The translations under genes and the position numbers were made by a program. The notes below the pieces were generated by a model. The model was not told where the DNA came from. It did not search any database and was given only the letters and a program-made list of their open reading frames with translations. 64,000 bases of DNA from Candidatus Woesebacteria bacterium (lineage in GTDB: Bacteria > Patescibacteriota > Microgenomatia > UBA8517), in NCBI GenBank assembly GCA_016432365.1, contig CP066686.1, forward strand, positions 554,319-618,318. Reading direction: 5' to 3'. Shown here piece by piece: positions 18,933 to 27,595 of this stretch; position 1 is the first letter of the stretch; each line of letters opens with the position of its first letter.

Positions 18933-19340
18933 CTAAGCCAATAGCTTTGAAGCATCTTCAGGCAGCAATTTAAGAGCTATCAAATTCTGAACGACATCGA
19001 ATATGAAGGATTTGTTATCTGACCAGTTGGCGATTATTCCAATCCTATATTTATCGTCAACTGTATACCCCTTTATTATTTTAGCCGACGACTCCAACGA
19101 TTTAAAAAGTTCAGTGCCAGCTTCATCGTCGGGATTTCTTAGTTTACTTTCAAGTCTTTCTGCTTCCTCTCTTGTTTCGTAGATAAAATTAACACTTGAG
19201 GCCTGTTCAAGTCTGTGGATTTCTATTCTCGAAATACCGTCTGGGCATTCATTTTGTGAAAAGACGTGTGTTTCGCCGTCCTTGAGAACCGACGATGCGG
19301 TTGGTATTTCCATGTTTAGAATGTATAGATTATAATACAA
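18933..19340 (-). CDS. Hypothetical protein (about 125-135 aa)
   Basis: ORF with protein-like composition between tspO and glyQS. The real start may be the internal Met (MEIPTASSV). No family recognised. Confidence 0.4.
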   Translation of the reverse strand: MYYNLYILNMEIPTASSVLKDGETHVFSQNECPDGISRIEIHRLEQASSVNFIYETREEAERLESKLRNPDDEAGTELFKSLESSAKIIKGYTVDDKYRIGIIANWSDNKSFIFDVVQNLIALKLLPEDASKLLA

Positions 19341-19343
19341 AAT

Positions 19344-20702
19344 ATGGACCTAATGGAAAAAGTTGTGGCTCTTGCCAAAAGGAGGGGTTTTGTTTATCCA
19401 TCCTCAGAATTATATGGCGGAATGGCAAACGTTTATGATTTTGGGCCTGCCGGAACTCTTCTTAAAAATAATATACGAGATCTCTGGCTCAAGAAATTTG
19501 TTTTAGACCGTGACGACATGGTTGTGATTGATGCCGCGACAATTCTCAAACCTGAAATTTGGGAGGCGTCGGGTCATTTAGCTGGATTTAACGAGGCATT
19601 AATTGATTGCAAAGAATGTAAAAATAGGGCACGAGCAGATCATCTGATCGAGAATTTTCTTCCGGATAAAAAAGTTGAAGGTCTTAAGTTTGAGGAGCTG
19701 GAGAAAATTATTGACGAAAATAAAATTCCTTGTCCGAAATGCGGAAAATTCGATTGGACAAAAATTAGGAAATTTAATCAACTAGTAGAAATTAAACTCG
19801 GTGTACTTGAAGAAGGAAAAAACATGGCGTATCTTCGGGGAGAAATAGCCCAGGGAATTTTTATAAACTTCAAAAACGTTTTAGACTCAACTCGTGTAAA
19901 AATTCCATTTGGAATCGCCCAACAGGGAAAGGCTTATAGAAATGAAATAACGATGGGGCAATTTACTCATCGGTCTTTTGAGTTTGACTTAATGGAGTTT
20001 GAATATTTTATTAAATCGGAAGGTTGGGAAAAGGTTTTTGATATGTGGAAAGAAGAGATGTGGAAATTCGCGCTTTCTCTTGGAATAAAAGAGGAAAATC
20101 TAAGATGGCGCGAACACGAGGAATTCGAGCGATCTTTTTATTCCAAAAAGACAATGGATATTGAATATAAATATCCATTTGGGTTTAAAGAAATGTTCGG
20201 AATTGCTTATAGGACTGATTATGATTTAAAAAATCATTCAAAGAATACAGGTAAGGACTTGGATTACCGCGATCCTTATACAAACGAAGTTTATACACCG
20301 CATGTTATTGAACCCACGTTCGGGCTTTCCAGATTAACGGGAATTCTTCTTTTTAATGGGTATAGCGAGGATGGAGAAAGGGTTGTATTAAAGCTTGATC
20401 CCAAAATCGCTCCATATAAGGTGGCAGTATTTCCGCTTCTTGGAAACAAACTAGAATTAACCGAAAAAGCGCGCGAAATTTATAAAAATCTCAAAAAAGA
20501 GTTTAACGTGGTGTGGGACGATCGGGGGAATATCGGTAAGCGTTATTTTGCTCAGGATGAAATTGGAACTCCTTGGTGTGTTACGGTCGATTTTCAGTCC
20601 CTGGACGACGATACAGTAACCGTACGCGACAGGGATACGGCAAATCAGGTAAGAATAGCCATTGACAAGTTATCTGAATATTTTCAAAATGGATTAAGGT
20701 AA
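19344..20702 (+). CDS. glyQS: Glycine--tRNA ligase, alpha2 dimeric (GlyQS) type
   Basis: N-terminus RRGFVYPSSELYGGMANVYDFGPAGTLLKNNI matches the class II GlyRS motifs. Full-length C-terminal anticodon-binding domain. Confidence 0.9.
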   Translation: MDLMEKVVALAKRRGFVYPSSELYGGMANVYDFGPAGTLLKNNIRDLWLKKFVLDRDDMVVIDAATILKPEIWEASGHLAGFNEALIDCKECKNRARADHLIENFLPDKKVEGLKFEELEKIIDENKIPCPKCGKFDWTKIRKFNQLVEIKLGVLEEGKNMAYLRGEIAQGIFINFKNVLDSTRVKIPFGIAQQGKAYRNEITMGQFTHRSFEFDLMEFEYFIKSEGWEKVFDMWKEEMWKFALSLGIKEENLRWREHEEFERSFYSKKTMDIEYKYPFGFKEMFGIAYRTDYDLKNHSKNTGKDLDYRDPYTNEVYTPHVIEPTFGLSRLTGILLFNGYSEDGERVVLKLDPKIAPYKVAVFPLLGNKLELTEKAREIYKNLKKEFNVVWDDRGNIGKRYFAQDEIGTPWCVTVDFQSLDDDTVTVRDRDTANQVRIAIDKLSEYFQNGLR

Positions 20703-20725
20703 CGAAACGATTTCGATATGTCATT

Positions 20726-21394
20726 ATGAATGTCATGAAAAAATATCTTCCATTGATTTTAATAAGTTTTGGAGTATTGATCGTAGCGTTTGTCGGAATT
20801 CTTATAGTCAAGTCTATGAAAGGAAGTACTTCTTCTATTCAAGAGGAAGAAATTATCCCCGAGCTTCCACAGTCACAGTGGCCTTCGGTTTCTCTTACAC
20901 CGACAAATAACCCCAGCGTTAAAGGGTCCGATGGGCATTGGTTGAATTTCAAAGTTCAGAAGATTAATGTTCCCGGCGCCGCCAGTATGGATTACCTCAT
21001 GGTTTATTCTACTAGTGATGGCGGTCAACAGGGCGTCCCGGGAACGGTTAAGTTAACAGGCGGTGACATTGAACGACCGTTGTTGCTTGGTTCCGAATCT
21101 TCTGGAAAGTTTAGATACGATGCAGGTGTGGAAAGAGGAACAATTACGATAACATTTCGTGATGGGAATGGTAAGTCGATGGGTAAACTTTCTACCGACT
21201 TTCATTTACAATCAGATACAACCGAATTGACCTCTATTGATGGAAAGTTCATTTATAAGCTAGATAAAGTAGCTAAAGGAGTGTTTTTTGTAACAATGCC
21301 AACTTTTGTTCAGCCTGATTCCTCAATATATGTTACCTGGTCTGATGGCTATGGTGTTTTTGCTTCAGATGGTAAACCTCATAGTGGTAAGTAA
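20726..21394 (+). CDS. Membrane-anchored extracytoplasmic hypothetical protein
   Basis: N-terminal TM/signal anchor (LPLILISFGVLIVAFVGILIV), then a Ser/Thr/Gly-rich beta-type domain. No family recognised. Confidence 0.45.
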   Translation: MNVMKKYLPLILISFGVLIVAFVGILIVKSMKGSTSSIQEEEIIPELPQSQWPSVSLTPTNNPSVKGSDGHWLNFKVQKINVPGAASMDYLMVYSTSDGGQQGVPGTVKLTGGDIERPLLLGSESSGKFRYDAGVERGTITITFRDGNGKSMGKLSTDFHLQSDTTELTSIDGKFIYKLDKVAKGVFFVTMPTFVQPDSSIYVTWSDGYGVFASDGKPHSGK

Positions 21395-21437
21395 CTTCTA
21401 GACTGTTTGATCCACTTGCGATTATTTTGTTCGGTGA

Positions 21438-21466
21438 AAATTGGGGTTGACATCTTGTGAAAAAAT
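21438..21466 (+). promoter_or_regulatory. Sigma-70-like promoter of the dcw cluster (TTGACA - 16/17 nt - cATAAT)
   Basis: TTGACA at 21438-21443, spacer, CATAAT/ATAATG at 21460-21466. About 90 nt upstream of mraZ. Confidence 0.45.
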
Positions 21467-21490
21467 ATCATAATGGTTGTTAATGGTGAG
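21463..21490 (+). promoter_or_regulatory. Putative MraZ operator: three direct repeats aATGGTtg / aATGGTga / aATGGTga with exact 10-bp phasing
   Basis: ATGG at 21464, 21474, 21484. Starts inside the -10 element. Known MraZ boxes are short G-rich direct repeats with 10-bp periodicity upstream of mraZ. Confidence 0.45.
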
Positions 21491-21554
21491 AAATGGTGAT
21501 TACCAAATCAAGCCAGAATAAATATGAACCTGCCCAGTTCGAAATATTGTCGCT

Positions 21555-21992
21555 ATGCTTCTAGGAACTTATCCAACCAAAATTCTTGCAGGCCGTCGAG
21601 TCGCAGTGCCGTCAGCCTTCCGTTCTCAGCTTGGGGAAACTTACATATTAGCCAGATGGTACGAAGAGTGTTTAGTTTTGGTGAATAAGAGTCTTTTAAG
21701 CGCACTTTTGACAAGAATTACAGGTGGAGATAAATCAATTGTCGAACCAATAAGACTAACGGAACATTTTATATTTGCATCAGCCTATGAGGTTCTACCG
21801 GATGAACAAGGAAGAATTGTAATACCGGAAAGACTAGCAAATTACGCGAAACTAACTGAACAAGTGTACTTTTTGGGCGTGGGGGATAGAGTAGAAATCT
21901 GGAACAAAGAAGTTTGGGACGAAAAAGAGAGTGTTGTAGCCAAGAATGCGGCAGAGTACATCGAACAGCTATCAAAAAAATATGGAAAATAA
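21555..21992 (+). CDS. mraZ: Transcriptional regulator MraZ
   Basis: MLLGTYPTKILAGRRVAVPSAFR and the second repeat EQGRIVIPERLANYA. Tandem DXXXR-type MraZ repeats, 145 aa. Confidence 0.9.
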   Translation: MLLGTYPTKILAGRRVAVPSAFRSQLGETYILARWYEECLVLVNKSLLSALLTRITGGDKSIVEPIRLTEHFIFASAYEVLPDEQGRIVIPERLANYAKLTEQVYFLGVGDRVEIWNKEVWDEKESVVAKNAAEYIEQLSKKYGK

Positions 21993-22872
21993 TACCAAGA
22001 ATAAATATCACGAGTCGGTAATGGTAGATGAAGCCATAAAGGGCTTGCACATTGAAAAAGGCTTGAAGTACATAGATTGTACGGCCGGTAATGGCGGACA
22101 CATGGAGGCAATCTTAAAAATGGGTGGACAGGTTTTGGGAATTGATTTAGATCCGGCAATGCTTGCGGTTACACAAAAGCGTTTAGAAATTTTCCGGGAT
22201 TTTAAACTCGTTCAAGGTAATTTTGTGAATATAGATAGGATTGCAAGAAATAACAACTGGTCCCCGGTAAACGGAATCCTCCTTGACTTGGGTGTAAGCA
22301 ATATCCATTTGAAGGACCTTGAAAGGGGATTTTCGTTCGAAAACCCCGAAGCGATACTTGATATGCGTCTTGATCCAAATACTCAGGATATTAAGGGTTC
22401 TGATTTATTAAATATCTTGCGTGAGGATCAACTTGAAGATTTATTTTCAGTAAGCCTTGATCCCGGCGCCGCGAAGTGGATTACGGGTAGGGTTTTGCAT
22501 TCAAGAATGGCTAAACCCGTCGAGACGGTCGGAGACATGCTCGAAATTTGTGAAGGGCTTCGTACGGGAAAGCCCGGAATGAGCATTGCGACTCTTCCGT
22601 TTTTAGCATTAAGAATTGCGGTAAATAGCGAATTAACGAATTTAAAAGAGGTCTTGCCGGTTGCCTTTGACCTTTTGGAGAGCGACGGGCGTTTAGTGGT
22701 TATTAGTTTTCACTCAGGGGAAGACAAGATAGTAAAAGAATTTATTAAGGGGAAAGGGCAAACAGGAGAAGGTAAAATGATTACTTTTGCGCCAATAAGA
22801 GCGGGAGAAACCGAAATTGATTTAAACAGACGCGCGAGAAGCGCAAAGATGAGAATTATTCAAAAAATATGA
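21946..22872 (+). CDS. rsmH: 16S rRNA (cytosine1402-N4)-methyltransferase RsmH
   Basis: HESVMVDEAI...YIDCTAGNGGH, the RsmH SAM-binding signature. Confidence 0.9.
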   Translation: MRQSTSNSYQKNMENNTKNKYHESVMVDEAIKGLHIEKGLKYIDCTAGNGGHMEAILKMGGQVLGIDLDPAMLAVTQKRLEIFRDFKLVQGNFVNIDRIARNNNWSPVNGILLDLGVSNIHLKDLERGFSFENPEAILDMRLDPNTQDIKGSDLLNILREDQLEDLFSVSLDPGAAKWITGRVLHSRMAKPVETVGDMLEICEGLRTGKPGMSIATLPFLALRIAVNSELTNLKEVLPVAFDLLESDGRLVVISFHSGEDKIVKEFIKGKGQTGEGKMITFAPIRAGETEIDLNRRARSAKMRIIQKI

Positions 22873-23183
22873 TCAAAAAAATACAGGTAAAAAATACAAA
22901 CAAGAAAGGAAATTTAAAGAATTATATTCTTATTTCAATATGCGGAGTGCTCGCCATCCTCTCGGTTGCAATGACCGTAGAAACCGCAACCAGTGGTTTG
23001 GAAATCGCTTCATTTGAAAAAACTGAGGGAAGTTTAATCGACACGAGACGGGATCTCGAGGAAACCTTGGTAAAAACTCTATCGAGCCGTGAACTTCAAC
23101 AAAAAAGTGAAGAGTTGGGTTTTACAAACCCCGAAAACTTAGTTTATATTACTCAAATTTTGCCTGTTGCCAAACTTCCTTGA
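22869..23183 (+). CDS. ftsL: FtsL-like small bitopic division protein
   Basis: 104 aa, a single TM followed by a coiled-coil-like segment, in the canonical position between rsmH and ftsI. Confidence 0.5.
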   Translation: MIKKIQVKNTNKKGNLKNYILISICGVLAILSVAMTVETATSGLEIASFEKTEGSLIDTRRDLEETLVKTLSSRELQQKSEELGFTNPENLVYITQILPVAKLP

Positions 23184-23202
23184 AAGCGGAAAATGAAAAA
23201 GT

Positions 23203-24906
23203 ATGCGTGACAGGAAAAAAAACAAACCCGAGTGGAGACTTATAATTTTCTCTGTAATTTATTTGCTTCTTTTTACAGGATTAATTCTCAGACTTATTTA
23301 TTGGCAAGTTATAAGGGGAACGGATCTATCCGAGGGGGCTAAGGGTCAATATAAATCTTCTCGTATTACTGTTGCACCAAGGGGAAATATTTTGGCCAGC
23401 GATGGTAGTTTTTGGGCACTACGAACCGACGCCTGGTTTGTTTATGCGAACACCAACGAGCTTACTGCAAACGTTTCTGACGTGTCAAACAAACTTGCAG
23501 TTCTTCTAGATGATGATGAGTCACGTTTGTTTAGTCTTTTGAGTAAAAAAAGTGCCTACGTACCTCTAAAACAGAAAATCGATAATGAGACTAAAAAAAA
23601 TATCGAAGCCCTAGGAATAAAGGGAATTGGCTTTGAAACACGGGAGGCGAGGTATTACCCGGAGGCTTCAACTGCGGCACAACTTTTGGGGTTTGTAGGC
23701 AAGGACGAAACCGGTGCCGATATTGGTTATTTTGGTCTGGAGGGCTACTACAACCTGCCTTTAAGCGGTAAACCGGGTTTTTTGGGAAGGGAAAAGGATG
23801 CTCACGGGTCACCCATTCTGATAGAGCCCGGTAAAAGCGTTTCAGCAATTAATGGAATTGATTTATTGACAAGTATCGACAAAAGAATACAAATTTTAGC
23901 AGAGGCAAAACTAAAAGAGGGTATAGAAAAATATGGGGCGTTAGGTGGCTCGATCACAATTGAGGACCCGAAAACGGGTGAAATATTGGCAATGGCAAGT
24001 TATCCATCATACGATCCAAGTAACTACAGTGAATACGGAAACTCCTTTTTTAAAAACCCGGTTATTTCCGATACATTTGAACCTGGATCAATTATGAAGG
24101 TGATTGTTATGGCAGCAGGACTAGATGCCGGACTGGTTAAACCGGATACAGAATGTGATATTTGCTCGGAGCCACTGAAGCTTGACAAGTACTTTATAAA
24201 AACTTGGAACAATAAGTACCACCCCAACATTTCGATGACGGACGTTATAGTTGACTCCGACAATGTCGGAATGGTTTTTGTGGGACAAAAATTGGGTGCT
24301 GATGGTTTGTACAGTTATTTTGACAATTTTGGTGTGGGCCAACTTACCGGAATAGATTTACAAGGCGAAAGTGCGCCACCCCTTAGAAAAAAGGGGACTT
24401 GGAATATGGTGGATTTGGCAACTGCCAGTTTCGGACAGGGAGTCGCTGTGACCGGCATTCAAATGGTTAGGGCTGTTTCTGCAATTGCTAATGGGGGATA
24501 TATGTTAATACCGAAAGTTGTAACCGGCTTAAAGGGCGATGGATGGGAAGAAAAAATTAAAGTAGAATCGCCCAAAAAAGTGATAAGTTCAGAAGCGGCT
24601 ACGCAGATCACACAAATGATGATCGAAGCGGCGGATAAAGGAGAGGCAAAGTGGGCAAAGGTTCCTGGTTTTAAGGTAGCAGGCAAAACCGGGACAGCTC
24701 AGATTCCGGTTGAAGGCCATTATGATTCTACAAATACGAACCATTCATTTATTGGTTTTGCCCCGGCAGATAAACCAAAATTTGTAATGCTTGTAACCTT
24801 AAAGTCTCCTCAGAGTTCGCCGTGGGCTGCTGAAACTGCAGCCCCACTTTGGTACACAGTTGCAAAAGAACTCTTTCTATATTTGGGGATTGAGCCCAGT
24901 CAGTAG
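23203..24906 (+). CDS. ftsI: Class B penicillin-binding protein (FtsI/PBP2 transpeptidase)
   Basis: N-terminal TM and PBP dimerisation domain. Transpeptidase motifs SxxK-like (ASYPSYD context), SDN (VDSDNVG), KTG (AGKTGTAQ). Confidence 0.85.
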   Translation: MRDRKKNKPEWRLIIFSVIYLLLFTGLILRLIYWQVIRGTDLSEGAKGQYKSSRITVAPRGNILASDGSFWALRTDAWFVYANTNELTANVSDVSNKLAVLLDDDESRLFSLLSKKSAYVPLKQKIDNETKKNIEALGIKGIGFETREARYYPEASTAAQLLGFVGKDETGADIGYFGLEGYYNLPLSGKPGFLGREKDAHGSPILIEPGKSVSAINGIDLLTSIDKRIQILAEAKLKEGIEKYGALGGSITIEDPKTGEILAMASYPSYDPSNYSEYGNSFFKNPVISDTFEPGSIMKVIVMAAGLDAGLVKPDTECDICSEPLKLDKYFIKTWNNKYHPNISMTDVIVDSDNVGMVFVGQKLGADGLYSYFDNFGVGQLTGIDLQGESAPPLRKKGTWNMVDLATASFGQGVAVTGIQMVRAVSAIANGGYMLIPKVVTGLKGDGWEEKIKVESPKKVISSEAATQITQMMIEAADKGEAKWAKVPGFKVAGKTGTAQIPVEGHYDSTNTNHSFIGFAPADKPKFVMLVTLKSPQSSPWAAETAAPLWYTVAKELFLYLGIEPSQ

Positions 24907-24920
24907 TATACTTATCTCTG

Positions 24921-26171
24921 ATGTCAAAATTAATTGTTACTGGCGGCAGAAAACTTGAAGGTAATATTAGCCTTTCAGGTAATAAGAACTCGGTTTTGAA
25001 GCTAATCCCAGCAGTTCTTCTTGCAGATTCCCCCTCTACTCTAACAAATGTACCTGATATATTGGATGTTTCTGTTGTGCTTCAGCTTATTGAGACTTTG
25101 GGAGCAAAAGTTACAAGGGACGGCCATTCGGTTACGATAGACCCTTCGGGATTACACTCTTTCGACTTGGATCCGGATCTTTCTGCAAAATTTAGAGCTT
25201 CGGTTGTCCTTGCTGCACCTCTTTTAGTCAAATTCGGCAAAGCGATCGTTACACCTCCTGGGGGAGACCAAATAGGAGACAGATTCTTGGATACCCATTT
25301 TTCTATGATGCAAAAGATGGGGGTTGAAATGAGGCGTGAAGATGGAAGGTTTTTCCTCACCTGGAACAAGAAAAAAACTGGTACCCTCTTCTTAGAAGAA
25401 GCTTCTGTGACTGCCACCGAAATGGCTCTAATGATGGCCACTTCTTCTCCGGACATCACAGTAGTTGAAAACGCTGCCACAGAACCTCACGTTACAGACT
25501 TAGGTAAACTGTTAATTAAAATGGGGGCAAAAATAACAGGTTTGGGTCTTAGTACCCTATCTATTTCCGGTGGAAAATTAAAAGGCGTTGAATACAGAGT
25601 TATGCCCGATCATATTGAAGGCGGTACGTTTGTGATAGCCTCGGCAATTACCGGCGGGCATATAAAAATAGATGATTTCATCCCCGAAGATCACAGGATG
25701 GCTCTAATCAATCTTGCAAACATGGGTGTTAAATTTGAGCTGTCAAAAAACAGTATCGAGGTTTTTCCGTCAAAATTGGTTGCTACTAGAAAGAAATTTA
25801 AAGCCCAACCTTGGCCGGGTTTTCCGACGGATCTCATGAGTCCTTTTATCGTTCTTGCCACACAAACCCAGGGAACGGTTCTCTGCCACGATTGGATGTA
25901 TGAATGGAGAATGTTTTTTGTAGACGATCTAATTTCAATGGGAGCAAATATTTTCATTGCTGACCCCCATAGAGTCATTGTTAGCGGCCCTACGCCTTTG
26001 ATGAGCGACAGACTTTTTTGTAAAGATATTAGGGCGGGGATTTCGGTAATATTAGCAGCCCTTATTGCGGACGGTAGGAGTGAAATAGAAAATATTGAAG
26101 TAGTTCAAAGAGGGTATGAAAGAATAGATGAAAGGTTAAGAAGTTTGGGAGCAGAGATAGTTACGAAATAA
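24921..26171 (+). CDS. murA: UDP-N-acetylglucosamine 1-carboxyvinyltransferase
   Basis: LIVTGGRKLEGNISLSGNKNSVLKL..PAVLLAD is the MurA N-terminus. About 416 aa. Confidence 0.9.
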   Translation: MSKLIVTGGRKLEGNISLSGNKNSVLKLIPAVLLADSPSTLTNVPDILDVSVVLQLIETLGAKVTRDGHSVTIDPSGLHSFDLDPDLSAKFRASVVLAAPLLVKFGKAIVTPPGGDQIGDRFLDTHFSMMQKMGVEMRREDGRFFLTWNKKKTGTLFLEEASVTATEMALMMATSSPDITVVENAATEPHVTDLGKLLIKMGAKITGLGLSTLSISGGKLKGVEYRVMPDHIEGGTFVIASAITGGHIKIDDFIPEDHRMALINLANMGVKFELSKNSIEVFPSKLVATRKKFKAQPWPGFPTDLMSPFIVLATQTQGTVLCHDWMYEWRMFFVDDLISMGANIFIADPHRVIVSGPTPLMSDRLFCKDIRAGISVILAALIADGRSEIENIEVVQRGYERIDERLRSLGAEIVTK

Positions 26172-27188
26172 ATGTCAGGTAAAACTCTCAAATTCCGTCA
26201 AAAAATTGTCACCTTCGGCGGAAAGACCGGACACTTCCAGCTACTGAATGGTTTAAAAAAATTCAACGATACCGAGTTTATTACTGCAGTTGTTGGGACA
26301 TGGGACAGCGGAGGAAGTAGCGGAGTCTTAAGAAGCGAACTTGGGGTTCTTCCCCCAGGGGACATCAGAGCCTGCCTTTTGGCTCTAATGGAAGATGATG
26401 AACAACAAAGAGTCGCTCAAAGATTGTTTGACGATAGGTTAAAGGAGGTGGTAGGCCCCTTAAAAGGACATTCCCTAGGAAACCTGATAGGAGTTAGGCT
26501 TGATCACATTTTTCATGGGCAGGATAGAGGAACGGATGCCGAGCGCTCGCTTTTTAGAATTCGTGGACATGTGCTTCCGGCGACATTAACAGATTTAAAC
26601 TTGGTTGCGGTTACAAAAAAAGGGAAAGAGATAGATGGCGAAACAAATATTGATACCCGCCGTGAACAAGATGGATTTGATCCAAAAGATAGGATTATGC
26701 GCATATATTTTGGTACACACGCAGACAGTAATCCCAGAGTCCTCGAGGCGATTAAAAAGGCAGACAAAATAGTTTTTGCTCCGGGTGACCTGTACACAAG
26801 TGTTTTACCCCATTTGCTTATAGCAGGAGTTCCGGAGGCAATTCAGAAAAGTCATGCAAAAGTTTACTTTGTTCTGAATTTAATTGAAAAAGAGGGAGAG
26901 ACAGATTATTTTAAAGCGTCAGATTTTGTAAAAGCGTTTATTTTTTACCTTGGTAATCCAAAACGATTGGATTACTTAGTTGCCAATGGTGGTAGTTTCG
27001 GCAGAGAAATTGTAAAGGTCTATGAAGGTGAAAAGAAAAAGGCTGTCAAACTTGATGAACCGACATGTAGAAAGATTGCTCCAAATGTAAACATAATTAA
27101 AACTAAATTGTGGGAATATCTTAAAACAGCACACCTACTTCGTCACGATTCGGAAAAACTTGCGCTTAGTATTTTACAAGAACGCTGA
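26172..27188 (+). CDS. yvcK: YvcK/GlmR-like gluconeogenesis factor (UPF0052/CofD-like)
   Basis: IVTFGGKTGHFQLLNGL...ITAVVGTWDSGGSSGVLRSELGVLPPGDIRACLLAL matches the YvcK signature. Confidence 0.8.
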   Translation: MSGKTLKFRQKIVTFGGKTGHFQLLNGLKKFNDTEFITAVVGTWDSGGSSGVLRSELGVLPPGDIRACLLALMEDDEQQRVAQRLFDDRLKEVVGPLKGHSLGNLIGVRLDHIFHGQDRGTDAERSLFRIRGHVLPATLTDLNLVAVTKKGKEIDGETNIDTRREQDGFDPKDRIMRIYFGTHADSNPRVLEAIKKADKIVFAPGDLYTSVLPHLLIAGVPEAIQKSHAKVYFVLNLIEKEGETDYFKASDFVKAFIFYLGNPKRLDYLVANGGSFGREIVKVYEGEKKKAVKLDEPTCRKIAPNVNIIKTKLWEYLKTAHLLRHDSEKLALSILQER

Positions 27189-27233
27189 ATGATATATAAT
27201 TTGCTGAGAGGAAATAGGTAGTTCTTTTATTAC

Positions 27234-27546
27234 AGAGCGTGTGGCCCCGCGAAGCCTTGGCGGAGTGGGGATACGAGGAAGAAGGTCCAAGGTATAAAAT
27301 TGATCGTTAGTCTTGGAAATCGTACCCGCATCATTTTGAATGATACGGAGTATCTGCGGAAACCTTCCGGCATGTTGAATGCCGAAATGATTTTTTTAAA
27401 ATTCCGGAGTAATCCGGAAAGTGAAGCCCCCCAACCTAACGGTCGGGGTATCTTCTCCCAAGCTTTGTCGGGAGCGAAATCCCCCAGAAGCGAAACATCT
27501 TCGCTTACCAGCGGGCTGACGCCCTAGGTATTTGCGAAGGGGGATA
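27234..27546 (+). ncRNA. glmS ribozyme: Candidate glmS ribozyme (GlcN6P-responsive self-cleaving leader) in glmS 5'UTR
   Basis: About 310-nt GC-enriched structured leader immediately 5' of glmS. It contains an AGCG...GGCGG hairpin followed by a GAUACGAGGAAGAAGGU...UAUAAAAUUGAUCG segment resembling the conserved glmS-ribozyme core (GACGAGGAUGGAGGUUAUCGAAUUUUCGG in Bacillus, recalled from memory). A TATATAAT-type -10 lies at about 27191-27200. The ORF-track 75-aa ORF here is non-coding-like. Confidence 0.5.
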
Positions 27547-27595
27547 AAGAAAAATCTGGTCAACAACTACTTCAGACCTTTCTATTAAAGTTTTT

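Noticed and set aside
27300-27527. 75-aa ORF in the glmS leader
   Set aside because: It lies wholly inside the structured, GC-enriched leader RNA. Its translation is Arg/Ser/Pro/Gly-rich low-complexity, with no RBS or family. Treated as a by-product of RNA structure.
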